DNA of 60,927 bases from an uncultured Methanosarcinales archaeon (GCA_964419615.1 CAYQPU010000004.1:1-60927); one strand, 5' to 3'; shown: positions 27,655 to 36,855, numbered from the stretch's first letter. Numbers and translations are program-made. Notes: generated by a model not told the origin, from the letters alone.

Positions 27655-28310
27655 AAAATGTTTTCAATGTTGATTATGGATTTTTGAAAGTGCATTGAAT
27701 CATCAAAACCAATCCTTGGGCAAGCAGCATTAACAAAACAATCAATAAATGGAAAATTCTCAAGATCATTAAAATTAATTGTGTTAAATATCAAATAATA
27801 AAAATTCTTTTCCTTGTATTTATCTTTAAGAGCTAGTGCTTCTTTGTAATAATTCTGACCTGGTTTTGTGCTGATAATAATTCCAATCTCATCTGAATCT
27901 AAAAACTTAAGATAAGCACCTTTTTGTTTTTGCAATAGTTTTCTTACATGTTTATCTTTTAGTTGGTAAAACTTTCTTGACATTGGATTAAAAACAAAAA
28001 CAGGCCTGTCATGCTTTATCAAAATCTGCTTAGGATGAAACTCGCCGGTTCCAATATATAAAAATGCACCAGCATCAACTTCTAAATCAAAAACATCACA
28101 ACCAAGCATCTGACCTTCATGCTTTGAATGCTTTCCTTTTACTAAAACAACTTTCCTATCTGTCTCTTCAATACTCTTTTTAATATTATCAACATGGCAG
28201 ATATGCTGCACAGTTGTAACTAAAGCCACTGTTTTAGGTAATTTGTTTATAGCGGATCCTGGAAGACTGACATCTAATTTTGAATGTGCTTCAACAAACA
28301 TTACTTTCAT
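27651..28310 (-). CDS. dph2: Diphthamide synthesis protein Dph2, short form lacking the N-terminal domain
   Basis: TTVQH, QMLGCD, YIGTGEFH, GIIISTKPGQ, NAACPRI; about 220 aa. Confidence 0.85.
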   Translation of the reverse strand: MKVMFVEAHSKLDVSLPGSAINKLPKTVALVTTVQHICHVDNIKKSIEETDRKVVLVKGKHSKHEGQMLGCDVFDLEVDAGAFLYIGTGEFHPKQILIKHDRPVFVFNPMSRKFYQLKDKHVRKLLQKQKGAYLKFLDSDEIGIIISTKPGQNYYKEALALKDKYKEKNFYYLIFNTINFNDLENFPFIDCFVNAACPRIGFDDSMHFQKSIINIENIL

Positions 28311-28370
28311 AAGTAAAAGTGAGCTAGTGGTATTTAAATAACTTTTCACGAATGGAACTTGTTAATATGG

Positions 28371-28521
28371 TATTGACTCCACCTGGCCAGTTCGCTCGAC
28401 AGTTTGTTATTCTACACTTCATTTTATTAACAATCATGCTCCCAGGCTAACAAACTGTTCCTTATTTAGTCTTACGAGGATTCAGGTCTTGCTCACTCCC
28501 TTTGGGCCAAGGTGGAGCCAA
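28371..28521. ncRNA. Unassigned structured ncRNA candidate (~150 nt)
   Basis: Terminal stem 28373-28388 pairs with 28505-28521; perfect 11-bp inner stem 28399-28409 with 28448-28458; GC-richer than flanks; no ORF. Confidence 0.5.
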
Positions 28522-28572
28522 TGTATCAGAACTCTACAAACATTTAAATAAATCTTTATTATCTGACAAGCT

Positions 28573-29262
28573 ATGAAAAAAGTAGCATTAGTTGTTAGAA
28601 ATCCTGAGGATATTATCAAACTAAAATCCCAGCTAACTGATTTTGAATATGATGAGGAACAACCTGATTTTGTTGTCAGCTTTGGAGGAGATGGAACATT
28701 CCTTGTATCTGAAAGACTATATCCAAATATTCCAAAACTTATTGTGAAAAATAAACCCAGTATCTGTAAGAAATGTGCAGAAGGTGATATTTATCACTTA
28801 GTATCAAAGATTCTTAGAAAAGAGTATGAACTTGAAGAACACATCAAACTTAAAGCTGCACTTGACTCAAAAGAAGTAGTATGCACAAATGATTTTGTTA
28901 TTAGAAATAAATACCCAACCCATGCATTAAGATTTAAAATAAAAATCAATAATGAACCAGTGGATGACATTCTAATTGGAGATGGAGTTGTGATTTCAAC
29001 TCCTTTCGGTTCAACAGCTTATCATCACTCAATTACAAAGAAAAACTTTAACAAAGGTATTGGGATTGCTTTTAACAATCTAACAACAGATCCCAGGCAC
29101 CAAATTGTTAATGAATCAAGTAAAATTGAAATTGAAATTACAAGAGGGCAAGCAGTATTCGCTGCTGATAACAATCCAGACATAATAGATCTACTAGAAG
29201 GACAAAAAGTATCAATTGTAAAATCAAATCAAAAAGTAAAAACAATCAAGATTCATAGCTAA
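28573..29262 (+). CDS. nadK: NAD kinase
   Basis: SFGGDGTFL, CTND, GDGVVISTPFGSTAY. Confidence 0.9.
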   Translation: MKKVALVVRNPEDIIKLKSQLTDFEYDEEQPDFVVSFGGDGTFLVSERLYPNIPKLIVKNKPSICKKCAEGDIYHLVSKILRKEYELEEHIKLKAALDSKEVVCTNDFVIRNKYPTHALRFKIKINNEPVDDILIGDGVVISTPFGSTAYHHSITKKNFNKGIGIAFNNLTTDPRHQIVNESSKIEIEITRGQAVFAADNNPDIIDLLEGQKVSIVKSNQKVKTIKIHS

Positions 29263-30241
29263 TTATTCTTTCAGGCAGACTTTGTTGATTCTTTAGCATC
29301 AAAACAAAGTTGGAGAACTTATCGCTAATATCCTTTTGGATACATTTATTTAATTCAGACCTAAAATAATTTCTTTTATGAAAAACATTTTCTCCAATAA
29401 CAACTATTTTATTATACATAAATTTCTGCTGAGGAGCTTCTTGAATTTCAAAGTGGTTATTAACAAAGTTAAAATAAAATAATTTATCAAGGAAAATAAA
29501 ACCTTTGGCTCGAGGTAAATTACTCTTGCTAAGCAAACCTTTTAGTTTATCTAAGTCAACTTGACCATGACTTGAATAAACATAAGCATTAATATTCTTA
29601 TGTGCTTCATCTTTTTTTCTAATTCCAAGATTGTTCCTAATCTTCCAAAACAAATATCTTTCAGTATGTGCTTTTACCTTATTTGTCTTGACTGCATTTA
29701 ACTGACTCCATAAATTTGTAATATTAACCTTGCACTTGACACATGACACAACATTTTTGTTTAAAAAACTTAGGTTCCTTACTTGTTTTTGTTGTTGTTC
29801 TAAGGAAATTAAATCACATTTGTTTAGTAAAACAATTGATGCACTTTTTATATGTTCAAGAGTATGTGTGCTCAATTTGTCTGCTTTTGCAAATCTTTCC
29901 CCATCAATAACACAGAAAACATAAACTTCAAAATCTCTAAGTATGCTTAGAACAGGATCAAGATTAGCTGCCCCTGAAGTTTCCACGACAATGAGATCAT
30001 AATTAAGCATTGAATTAACAACTTTCTTGAACAAATTTAGATTGACACTGGATATACTACCATCATTAATTTCAACAACTTTTACATTCCCTAAACTTGA
30101 GATCTTACCATCCACACCAAACTCTGCAACCTCATTTTCAATAACACCTATCTTTTTATTGGGGTTTTGTCTAATAATCTGTTTAAGAAGCTCTGTTTTA
30201 CCACAACCCAGAAATCCACTAATTATAATTACCTTTACCAT
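29246..30241 (-). CDS. CobW/COG0523 (G3E) P-loop GTPase with altered metal motif
   Basis: SGFLGCGKT, IENEVAEFGVDG, VETSGAA, VIDGERF, LLNKCDL, RAKG; EINDGSISS at the position of the canonical GCxCC. Confidence 0.88.
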   Translation of the reverse strand: MVKVIIISGFLGCGKTELLKQIIRQNPNKKIGVIENEVAEFGVDGKISSLGNVKVVEINDGSISSVNLNLFKKVVNSMLNYDLIVVETSGAANLDPVLSILRDFEVYVFCVIDGERFAKADKLSTHTLEHIKSASIVLLNKCDLISLEQQQKQVRNLSFLNKNVVSCVKCKVNITNLWSQLNAVKTNKVKAHTERYLFWKIRNNLGIRKKDEAHKNINAYVYSSHGQVDLDKLKGLLSKSNLPRAKGFIFLDKLFYFNFVNNHFEIQEAPQQKFMYNKIVVIGENVFHKRNYFRSELNKCIQKDISDKFSNFVLMLKNQQSLPERIISYES

Positions 30242-30651
30242 CCTACGTGGCATTTTTTATTATAAAAATCAACTTCTTTACAATACGTGTAATCCGGAAA
30301 TATGCAAATTGCAAAAGTGGCATTTGTATCTCCATCAACTACTGTTTTTTGATTTAAAAGATGTCCCTGAGATTCACAAAGTGAATATTCTCTACCACAC
30401 TCGCCTGTTACAAATGCAAATGCTTCACATTCATTCCCATCATGGAAAACACAATAACCAATTTGTCTGTTATCTTCCAGTCTTAAGTCATATTCATAAC
30501 CAATCCCTTCACAATAATTAACATCTATGCCAAAAACCCTTGGATATTTGGGTAGTTTATCTGACTCAGAAGGATTGTAAAAACAAAATACTGCAAGCAC
30601 AGCTACTAGTAATATAAACATAAAAATTCCAATTTTACTCTTTTTTTCCAT
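30235..30651 (-). CDS. Secreted/membrane-anchored protein with two DUF333-like Cys repeats
   Basis: N-terminal hydrophobic helix; YCEGIG..GYCVF..G.ECE and LCESQG..AICIFPD..CKE. Confidence 0.65.
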   Translation of the reverse strand: MEKKSKIGIFMFILLVAVLAVFCFYNPSESDKLPKYPRVFGIDVNYCEGIGYEYDLRLEDNRQIGYCVFHDGNECEAFAFVTGECGREYSLCESQGHLLNQKTVVDGDTNATFAICIFPDYTYCKEVDFYNKKCHVGW

Positions 30652-30747
30652 AGTATTAGGTTGTGCAAATCTGTATTTAAACTTTTGGTTAGCTTTAAAA
30701 ACATCGCTATCAAAACCTTTTTAAAACCATAAATCATACCTAGAATA

Positions 30748-31923
30748 ATGCCTACTTTCTCAAACTCCAAATTAAATACATTTGAACAGTGTAAACTCAG
30801 GTACAAATACGCATATATTGACAGAATTAAAACTGAAATTGAAACAACAATTGAAGCATTTATGGGTGACATGGTTCACCAAACCTTAGAAAAGCTATAC
30901 AAAGATGTAAAATTCAAGCATCTTCCAAGTGTGCAGGAACTACTTGATTTCTATGGACAATTATGGGACAAAAACTGGAATGATGCAATAGTAGTTGTAA
31001 GAAAAGGCTATACTTCTGAGAACTATAAGCAAATGGGTGTGCAATTTATCAAAGATTACTATAAAAGAAAAAAACCATTTGACCGAACAAAAACCTTAGG
31101 TTTGGAAACAATGGATCTAGCTGAAATTGCACCAGGTATAAAATACCATATAAGAATAGACAGATTAGCTATAGTTGGTGATACATATGAAATTCATGAC
31201 TACAAAACATCAAATTCTCTTCCAACTCAAGAAAAAGTTGATCAGGATATGCAACTAACACTGTACACTTATGGACTACGCAAAATGTATCCAGATGCCA
31301 TAAAAGTAAAACAAATTTGGCATTACTTGGCATTTGACAAAGACATAATAATTCAAAGAACAGATGATCAAATAGAAAAAGCACGACTTGATGTACTTGA
31401 TATAATAAAAGACATTGGTAAAAATACAGAGTGGCCACCATCAGTCTCTGCACTTTGTGGTTGGTGTCAATTCAAACCAATTTGTCCAAAATGGAAACAC
31501 AAATATGACTTAGAAGACAAATCTCCTGGTGAGTACTTGGAAGATGATGGTGTAAAATTAGTAAACAAATTTGCTGAAGTCTCAAACAAAATAACTTCAC
31601 TTGAACTTGAAAAAGAACAAGTAAGACAAGCTCTTGTCGGATTTGCCAAGAAAAACAACATTGAAATGGTATATGGTTCTGATGTAAAAGCAACAGTTAA
31701 AACATATCCCAGATCATCATTCCCCAAAAAAGATGATCCACTTAGAAAAGAATTCTTTAAAACACTTAAATTAATTGGACTATGGGATCGGTTAGCAATA
31801 GCAGACGTATATGAACTAACAAAGTTGATCAATAGAAAAGATCTGCATCAGGATATTGTTGATCTGCTTGAACCTTTTATTACAAAAGGTAGTATTGATA
31901 AGATATATTTGAGAAAAAGCTAA
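30748..31923 (+). CDS. PD-(D/E)XK nuclease (RecB-family) with probable Fe-S cysteines
   Basis: FSNSKL..FEQCKLRY, RIDRL, IHDYKT, QLTLY, LCGWCQFKPICP. Confidence 0.88.
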   Translation: MPTFSNSKLNTFEQCKLRYKYAYIDRIKTEIETTIEAFMGDMVHQTLEKLYKDVKFKHLPSVQELLDFYGQLWDKNWNDAIVVVRKGYTSENYKQMGVQFIKDYYKRKKPFDRTKTLGLETMDLAEIAPGIKYHIRIDRLAIVGDTYEIHDYKTSNSLPTQEKVDQDMQLTLYTYGLRKMYPDAIKVKQIWHYLAFDKDIIIQRTDDQIEKARLDVLDIIKDIGKNTEWPPSVSALCGWCQFKPICPKWKHKYDLEDKSPGEYLEDDGVKLVNKFAEVSNKITSLELEKEQVRQALVGFAKKNNIEMVYGSDVKATVKTYPRSSFPKKDDPLRKEFFKTLKLIGLWDRLAIADVYELTKLINRKDLHQDIVDLLEPFITKGSIDKIYLRKS

Positions 31924-31944
31924 AGAAAATCCTGAAAATTTGCT

Positions 31945-32070
31945 ATCCCTTATCCAAAGGAGTGGGGAATTTCACCAACTTTCCTAAGTGGATTTTCTAA
32001 AATCAAGAAGGCAAATTGACAGGCATTCAGCCCCAATCATTAATGATGGGGATTTCTACCTTCTTGATTT
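31945..32070. repeat. Nested inverted repeats / hairpins resembling IS200/IS605 ends
   Basis: 12-bp perfect IR at 32000-32011 and 32059-32070 encloses the CCCC-A-ATCAT-TA-ATGAT-GGGG hairpin (32031-32051). A second ATCCC..GGGGAATTTCAC element lies at 31945-31975. Confidence 0.55.
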
Positions 32071-33103
32071 AAATAAATTCAAAATAACCCTGTTCTTCAA
32101 ATTGCCAAAAACGTAATTTTTCAATAATTTCATCTCCCTTGAAAGTTCTTATGTTACCTCTTGGTCTCTGTTCATGTTTAACAATTGCATATGCTGCTCT
32201 AATAGAATCAATATCAGTTGGATGTTCTTGGGGTTTAAAACCTCTAAGTTTTCTATGATTCACAAAATTAAAAAACTTGTACAATACTGGTTCTCCTGAA
32301 GAAAAATCAACAGCATTTCCATCTATATGTCTACCTGGTCTTAGGTTGTATCCATCTCCAAGCAAGTTTGTACTATGATCAGGTACCCAAATAGCATCCA
32401 ATTTTTCAATAACTGCATCTCTTTCTTTAATGTCAATCACATCTTTTGGCTTTGCGGTTGGTCTTTGAAATCCTCTGAAGGCAAGGTAGTGTGCAGCAGC
32501 ACCAAGGAAATCTTCATCTGCTATCTCATTAGGACTTGTATGAACAATTGTTGGAGCAAAATCTTCGTCTGCTATCCAGTCAAGTTTCATTGAACATACC
32601 TCATGAGGATAAAAACGCATGGCAAAATCTTGGACAAAATCATCTTTGCCAATATTTACATGAACATATGCAGGAACTTTACCTTGTTCAACATGTGTTT
32701 TTGCTTTAACAGTTGTTGCAGAGGATAAAACTTTTCCCCTTGTCGCCTCATGTGGTCTATATGGTAAAGGTACATTTAATTCAAAATCAATGAACTCATC
32801 TTGAAAAGGTATTTGGAGATACTGTTCCACGAATCTTATAAGATTTGATCTTTCAGAAGATACTGAATTTATTGGTATACCAGGAAAATGAGTAACTGGA
32901 TCCGCACACAATTCCATTGAAACTGCATTAACAATCTTTGGATGATACACAATTGCACTATACAAAATCAAATTCATCTCATCAGTTACATAATTTAAAG
33001 CAACTGGGTCAGTGTTAGTATGTATAATTTCTAATCTTTCTTCAAGAGCATCATTCATCTCATCTAATTCCATATCTTTAACATGTTTGCTTAGGGCTTT
33101 CAT
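32069..33103 (-). CDS. Hypothetical protein
   Basis: 344-aa ORF with SD-like upstream sequence; internal IADEDF duplication. Confidence 0.7.
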   Translation of the reverse strand: MKALSKHVKDMELDEMNDALEERLEIIHTNTDPVALNYVTDEMNLILYSAIVYHPKIVNAVSMELCADPVTHFPGIPINSVSSERSNLIRFVEQYLQIPFQDEFIDFELNVPLPYRPHEATRGKVLSSATTVKAKTHVEQGKVPAYVHVNIGKDDFVQDFAMRFYPHEVCSMKLDWIADEDFAPTIVHTSPNEIADEDFLGAAAHYLAFRGFQRPTAKPKDVIDIKERDAVIEKLDAIWVPDHSTNLLGDGYNLRPGRHIDGNAVDFSSGEPVLYKFFNFVNHRKLRGFKPQEHPTDIDSIRAAYAIVKHEQRPRGNIRTFKGDEIIEKLRFWQFEEQGYFEFI

Positions 33104-33312
33104 ATTATATGAGGAAAATAATTGGTTTAATAAATCTTTTTGTTTTTGACTACTAGAAAGTGGTCTGGATCACTTGTAATGGTACATTAAGCCAATAATC
33201 AGTTCATTCAAACATAATTTGGACAGTGTTACTTTGTGGTGGTAAAAAAATCGAAAGATTTAAATATAATATATGCATACTGAATGCTATTATTTATGAG
33301 GCGAGTATTAAA

Positions 33313-34380
33313 ATGAATATTTTTAGCAAAACAAACTTTCCAGACATGGTTCTTCCAAAAGATGGAGAAGACTTAGCTTTAAAACAAGTAATGGTAACTA
33401 GTGCAGTTCTACCTATAGACCATGAATTTGGAGGTCAATATGGAGCTGCTCAACTAGATAGATTTATGTTAATGCGAAAAATTGATGGTGGCGTTGATAC
33501 CTACCCTTGTCCTTCAATTGAATTTGATGAAACATACAAGATTCTTGAAGAATTACAACCTGGAAACCCTGATGCAGACCATATTTTTAGAATTTTTGGT
33601 CCTGAAGTTACAGTGCAACAGGCAAAGAAAGTCATGCCAAATAGAGTGATAGGGTTTTCTAAAGAAGAAGGGTTTTTTGAGACTGAGCAAGGACTTGAAG
33701 ATTTGTATATTGGTGATGCCATTGTTACTAATGCTACTTATGATGAAACAATTAATCCTGTTTGGCCGATACCAGCTGCACAATTTAATAATAGTTTCCG
33801 ATTTCCATTAAATGCTAATATTTATTGTACTGCAAATATGCCTGAAATTTTGGATGGAGTGCAGGGATATGCATTACCTGCAGCAGGAAATCCGGTAGCT
33901 GCTTGTTTGGTTCCTGAAGACACAGTTTTGACAACACCTTGGGGTCAGAGATTATTTGCACAAGGTGGATTTCATTATCACCAAGCTATGGTTGATAATC
34001 CAGATGACAATTACCCAAATTTCGAATTTGAGCAGTTCTATAGTATTATTAGCCGAATCGATTCTGATCAATCTAGTGATAATCCTGCTGTAAACTATCT
34101 AAGACACTATTGGGGAGAGCAAGGACATGGAGATATTGAGATTGTGATTGCTGAAAAAACAAAACCTTCTATATTTTTAGGATCAGCAATTGTACCCGAT
34201 GAAGAGTATGGATATTGGTTGAGTGAAGAAGGATTAACATCTCTTAAAACAGGTGATGTTGTGTTGGCTAGTCCTGTATTAACTGATGTGGCGTGGAGAA
34301 TATTCCCTAATATTTTTAATAAGAAATATGATGGTTTTGTCCAGGGAGAAATGCCTGTAGAATTAATGCCTGAAGGTTAA
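33313..34380 (+). CDS. Hypothetical protein built from four copies of a phage-like GD...[YW]P-x5-F-x3-Y domain
   Basis: Repeats YPCPSIEFDETY, WPIPAAQFNNSF, YPNFEFEQFY, WRIFPNIFNKKY; ETEQG..LYIGD and LSEEG..LKTGD. Confidence 0.7.
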   Translation: MNIFSKTNFPDMVLPKDGEDLALKQVMVTSAVLPIDHEFGGQYGAAQLDRFMLMRKIDGGVDTYPCPSIEFDETYKILEELQPGNPDADHIFRIFGPEVTVQQAKKVMPNRVIGFSKEEGFFETEQGLEDLYIGDAIVTNATYDETINPVWPIPAAQFNNSFRFPLNANIYCTANMPEILDGVQGYALPAAGNPVAACLVPEDTVLTTPWGQRLFAQGGFHYHQAMVDNPDDNYPNFEFEQFYSIISRIDSDQSSDNPAVNYLRHYWGEQGHGDIEIVIAEKTKPSIFLGSAIVPDEEYGYWLSEEGLTSLKTGDVVLASPVLTDVAWRIFPNIFNKKYDGFVQGEMPVELMPEG

Positions 34381-34433
34381 TACGATCTACAAAAACAGTT
34401 ACCTATTAATATAATTCTATATTACCACTATTA

Positions 34434-35570
34434 ATGACAACATTTGTGATGGATGCAAAACAGAAAAAAAAATACATCTATGATAGAAAGCTCCACAGAG
34501 ATGCAAAAGTCCTATCAGAGCAAGAACAACTTCTAAACAAAGTAATTATACATAATGCTCTAACAACAAAAGAAGTTGAAACATTATTAAAAGATCATGT
34601 TAAGTATTATCCTCCTTGCTCAACAGAAGCTCACTTTTGGATAAAAAACAAAGGTGAAATCCATGTTGTAAATCCAAGAGGAGTTACAAGAAAAAAAAGA
34701 GATATTGATTTGGTTAAAGGTCTTAGTAAAATTCTTGGAAGAAAACTTGAATTAGAAGTAAAACATTACAAAGAAAGTAGCGTAGAAGCATCAAGAAGGT
34801 TTGAAGAATTTGCATATGAACTAGTAAAAGAAATATTTGATAACATTGATCATGAAAAAACAATTGAACATGGCCAGATCTTTCTAATACTTGGACCACA
34901 TAAAGCATACAAATTTGAAAATGTTTTGTTTGAAAAACAAAATGACTATCTAAACTGTAAGATCATCAATAATAATGGCCATCAGGTAATTTACTTTGAC
35001 TATATTTTTGCTGACCAAGCAAAAAACATACTTGAACATGTATACTCTATAGTCAGTTCATATTATAAAAATGTTGATGTAAATGTGTTTCACTATGGGA
35101 AAATTGGATCAATAAAAGAAGATGTTTCTGTTGGAGATGTCTGCTTGCCAATAGCTGCTCTAGATGAAAACAAAGTTATTAATGGAGACACAAGAGCATA
35201 TCCTATACATAATAAATTAGTATTCAGTAAGAAAAGCAATGATTTATTTAAACAATCTGTTGGAAACAAAGTTATCCATGGAATCACAATCAACACTACT
35301 TCTGTATTAAACCAATCATTTGAGGTTTTAAGACAAATAAAAAATGCAGGTGGCGATTTTCTTGAAATGGAATGGTCAGTAATGGCATCACTTGATCACG
35401 GATATCACAGCAACTATCCAAATTTAGGGAAAATTAACTATTATTTTGCAGGAATAGTATCTGACAAACCACTAGATGGAAAAACCCTTGCAGACACCAA
35501 ATACCCAGCTGAAAAAATGAGAAAAATAGTAAAATCATATATTAAGATTATAACTCTTTTTACTAGTTAG
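34434..35570 (+). CDS. Nucleoside phosphorylase/nucleosidase-fold protein with unknown N-terminal domain
   Basis: HYGKIGS, VGDVCLP, TTSVLNQS, FLEMEW match the PNP/UDP/AMP-nucleosidase pattern (GxxG, GD, EME). Confidence 0.7.
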   Translation: MTTFVMDAKQKKKYIYDRKLHRDAKVLSEQEQLLNKVIIHNALTTKEVETLLKDHVKYYPPCSTEAHFWIKNKGEIHVVNPRGVTRKKRDIDLVKGLSKILGRKLELEVKHYKESSVEASRRFEEFAYELVKEIFDNIDHEKTIEHGQIFLILGPHKAYKFENVLFEKQNDYLNCKIINNNGHQVIYFDYIFADQAKNILEHVYSIVSSYYKNVDVNVFHYGKIGSIKEDVSVGDVCLPIAALDENKVINGDTRAYPIHNKLVFSKKSNDLFKQSVGNKVIHGITINTTSVLNQSFEVLRQIKNAGGDFLEMEWSVMASLDHGYHSNYPNLGKINYYFAGIVSDKPLDGKTLADTKYPAEKMRKIVKSYIKIITLFTS

Positions 35571-35673
35571 TGGTGACAATTATGAAACATTTAAATATTG
35601 ATTATTCTTCCCACATAACAGGCTGTAATATACAGTTGATGATAATATGTGAATATTGAAGGGTGAAGAAAAT

Positions 35674-36285
35674 ATGGATGATGCAAGAATTTTTTTAGGA
35701 GATTGGTACCAGCAAGGACATAATATGCTTGATATACTACCAAATACACATTTAGTTGCCTATGGTTTTAATGGAATGGAATTAGATTCATTATTGACTG
35801 GAGAAGGATTTGATATTGCAGAACTAAAAACAGGTGATGGTTTAGAATTTGAAATACCTATTTTTAATGCAAGAGAAAGAGGACCAAAGAGTGAGCTTAT
35901 ACCAAGAGGTCGAGAGTTCTATAGCCAATTAAAAGGACAAAATGTTATTGTTGAAAATGCACTAACTATCAAAGGAGTTGTAGCAACAAAAGCTGAATAC
36001 CTGATTTTAAAATTGGATTATAGTGAAACATCATTGGATGATCCGGTATTTACTTGTAGTGACATTACAAAAGGAGAATACCTAGCATTGGATTATGATG
36101 ATCAAATTCCTGGATTTGAAGAATTACCTGAATTTGCTGAAAGTGGTTATACAAGGAGGGATGCAGCAAATGCAATGTGGCATAAAGTTCATGAGATTGT
36201 ATCTCCAGAGAGATCATTAGGATCTATTGTTCAGAAACCTTATTTTAAAAGACCTGACGTACCTGAAGAAATGTTCGAGGAATGA
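35674..36285 (+). CDS. Hypothetical acidic protein
   Basis: ATG 35674 with upstream GGGTGA; no family recognised. Confidence 0.65.
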   Translation: MDDARIFLGDWYQQGHNMLDILPNTHLVAYGFNGMELDSLLTGEGFDIAELKTGDGLEFEIPIFNARERGPKSELIPRGREFYSQLKGQNVIVENALTIKGVVATKAEYLILKLDYSETSLDDPVFTCSDITKGEYLALDYDDQIPGFEELPEFAESGYTRRDAANAMWHKVHEIVSPERSLGSIVQKPYFKRPDVPEEMFEE

Positions 36286-36288
36286 AAA

Positions 36289-36855
36289 ATGCCACTACCA
36301 AACCCAGCATCAGGAGCGTCAGATTATGGACCTGTAGAAAAGGATCCAACTTTTCCAAAAGTAATTGGTCATAATGTATTACCATTAGGAGCATTAAAAG
36401 CAATGTATGCAGATAATTTCTTTGAAGCAGGGACAGATATTCTTGAAAGACCTGCCGTGAGAGGATTAGAGGGATCAAGAGATGTACATCCACTAACAGA
36501 AATTGAATCAGTTGATGCAATAATTAATGCAATGCAAGTTAATGATGGACCAATGAGTTTAGGAGACCTTGGAACAAAGGAAATTGCAGGAGATAAACAC
36601 TGTTATGAATTCTTTGGCACATATGATCCTGAAATAGATACCATATTCTTAGAGGTTGAAGATCCAAACAGAGTAGGTTCTTTCAGCGGAATGGTATCTG
36701 AAAGAGTTAGATCAGCGATTCTAAGCCTAACTCAGTATGATGTGAATGTCTTCTTTGTAAACAAATTTCCAAAACCAGGACAACAAGAACCCGTTTGGGG
36801 CCAAACTCTTGGATATGGGAGTGGAGATACAAGGAACTTTCCCAGAAAAGGTTAA
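36289..36855 (+). CDS. Hypothetical protein
   Basis: 188 aa; 3 nt after the previous stop codon. Confidence 0.65.
   Translation: MPLPNPASGASDYGPVEKDPTFPKVIGHNVLPLGALKAMYADNFFEAGTDILERPAVRGLEGSRDVHPLTEIESVDAIINAMQVNDGPMSLGDLGTKEIAGDKHCYEFFGTYDPEIDTIFLEVEDPNRVGSFSGMVSERVRSAILSLTQYDVNVFFVNKFPKPGQQEPVWGQTLGYGSGDTRNFPRKG

Noticed and set aside
28371-28521. Assignment of the structured region to SRP RNA, RNase P RNA, TPP/ZTP/c-di-AMP riboswitch or 6S RNA
   Set aside because: Only fragments resemble these (GGCCAGG, GAGCAAGACC, ACCTGA); the complete conserved cores are absent, so it is left unassigned.
30748-31923. Cas4 call for the PD-(D/E)XK nuclease
   Set aside because: 391 aa with an extra C-terminal domain and no cas1/cas2 or array; better described as a stand-alone RecB-family nuclease.
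35622-35635. CTGTA-ATA-TACAG palindrome upstream of 35674, and TGTA-ATGG-TACA near 33175
   Set aside because: Spacer lengths (3 and 4) do not match the N5 operator, and the arms are short enough to arise by chance.
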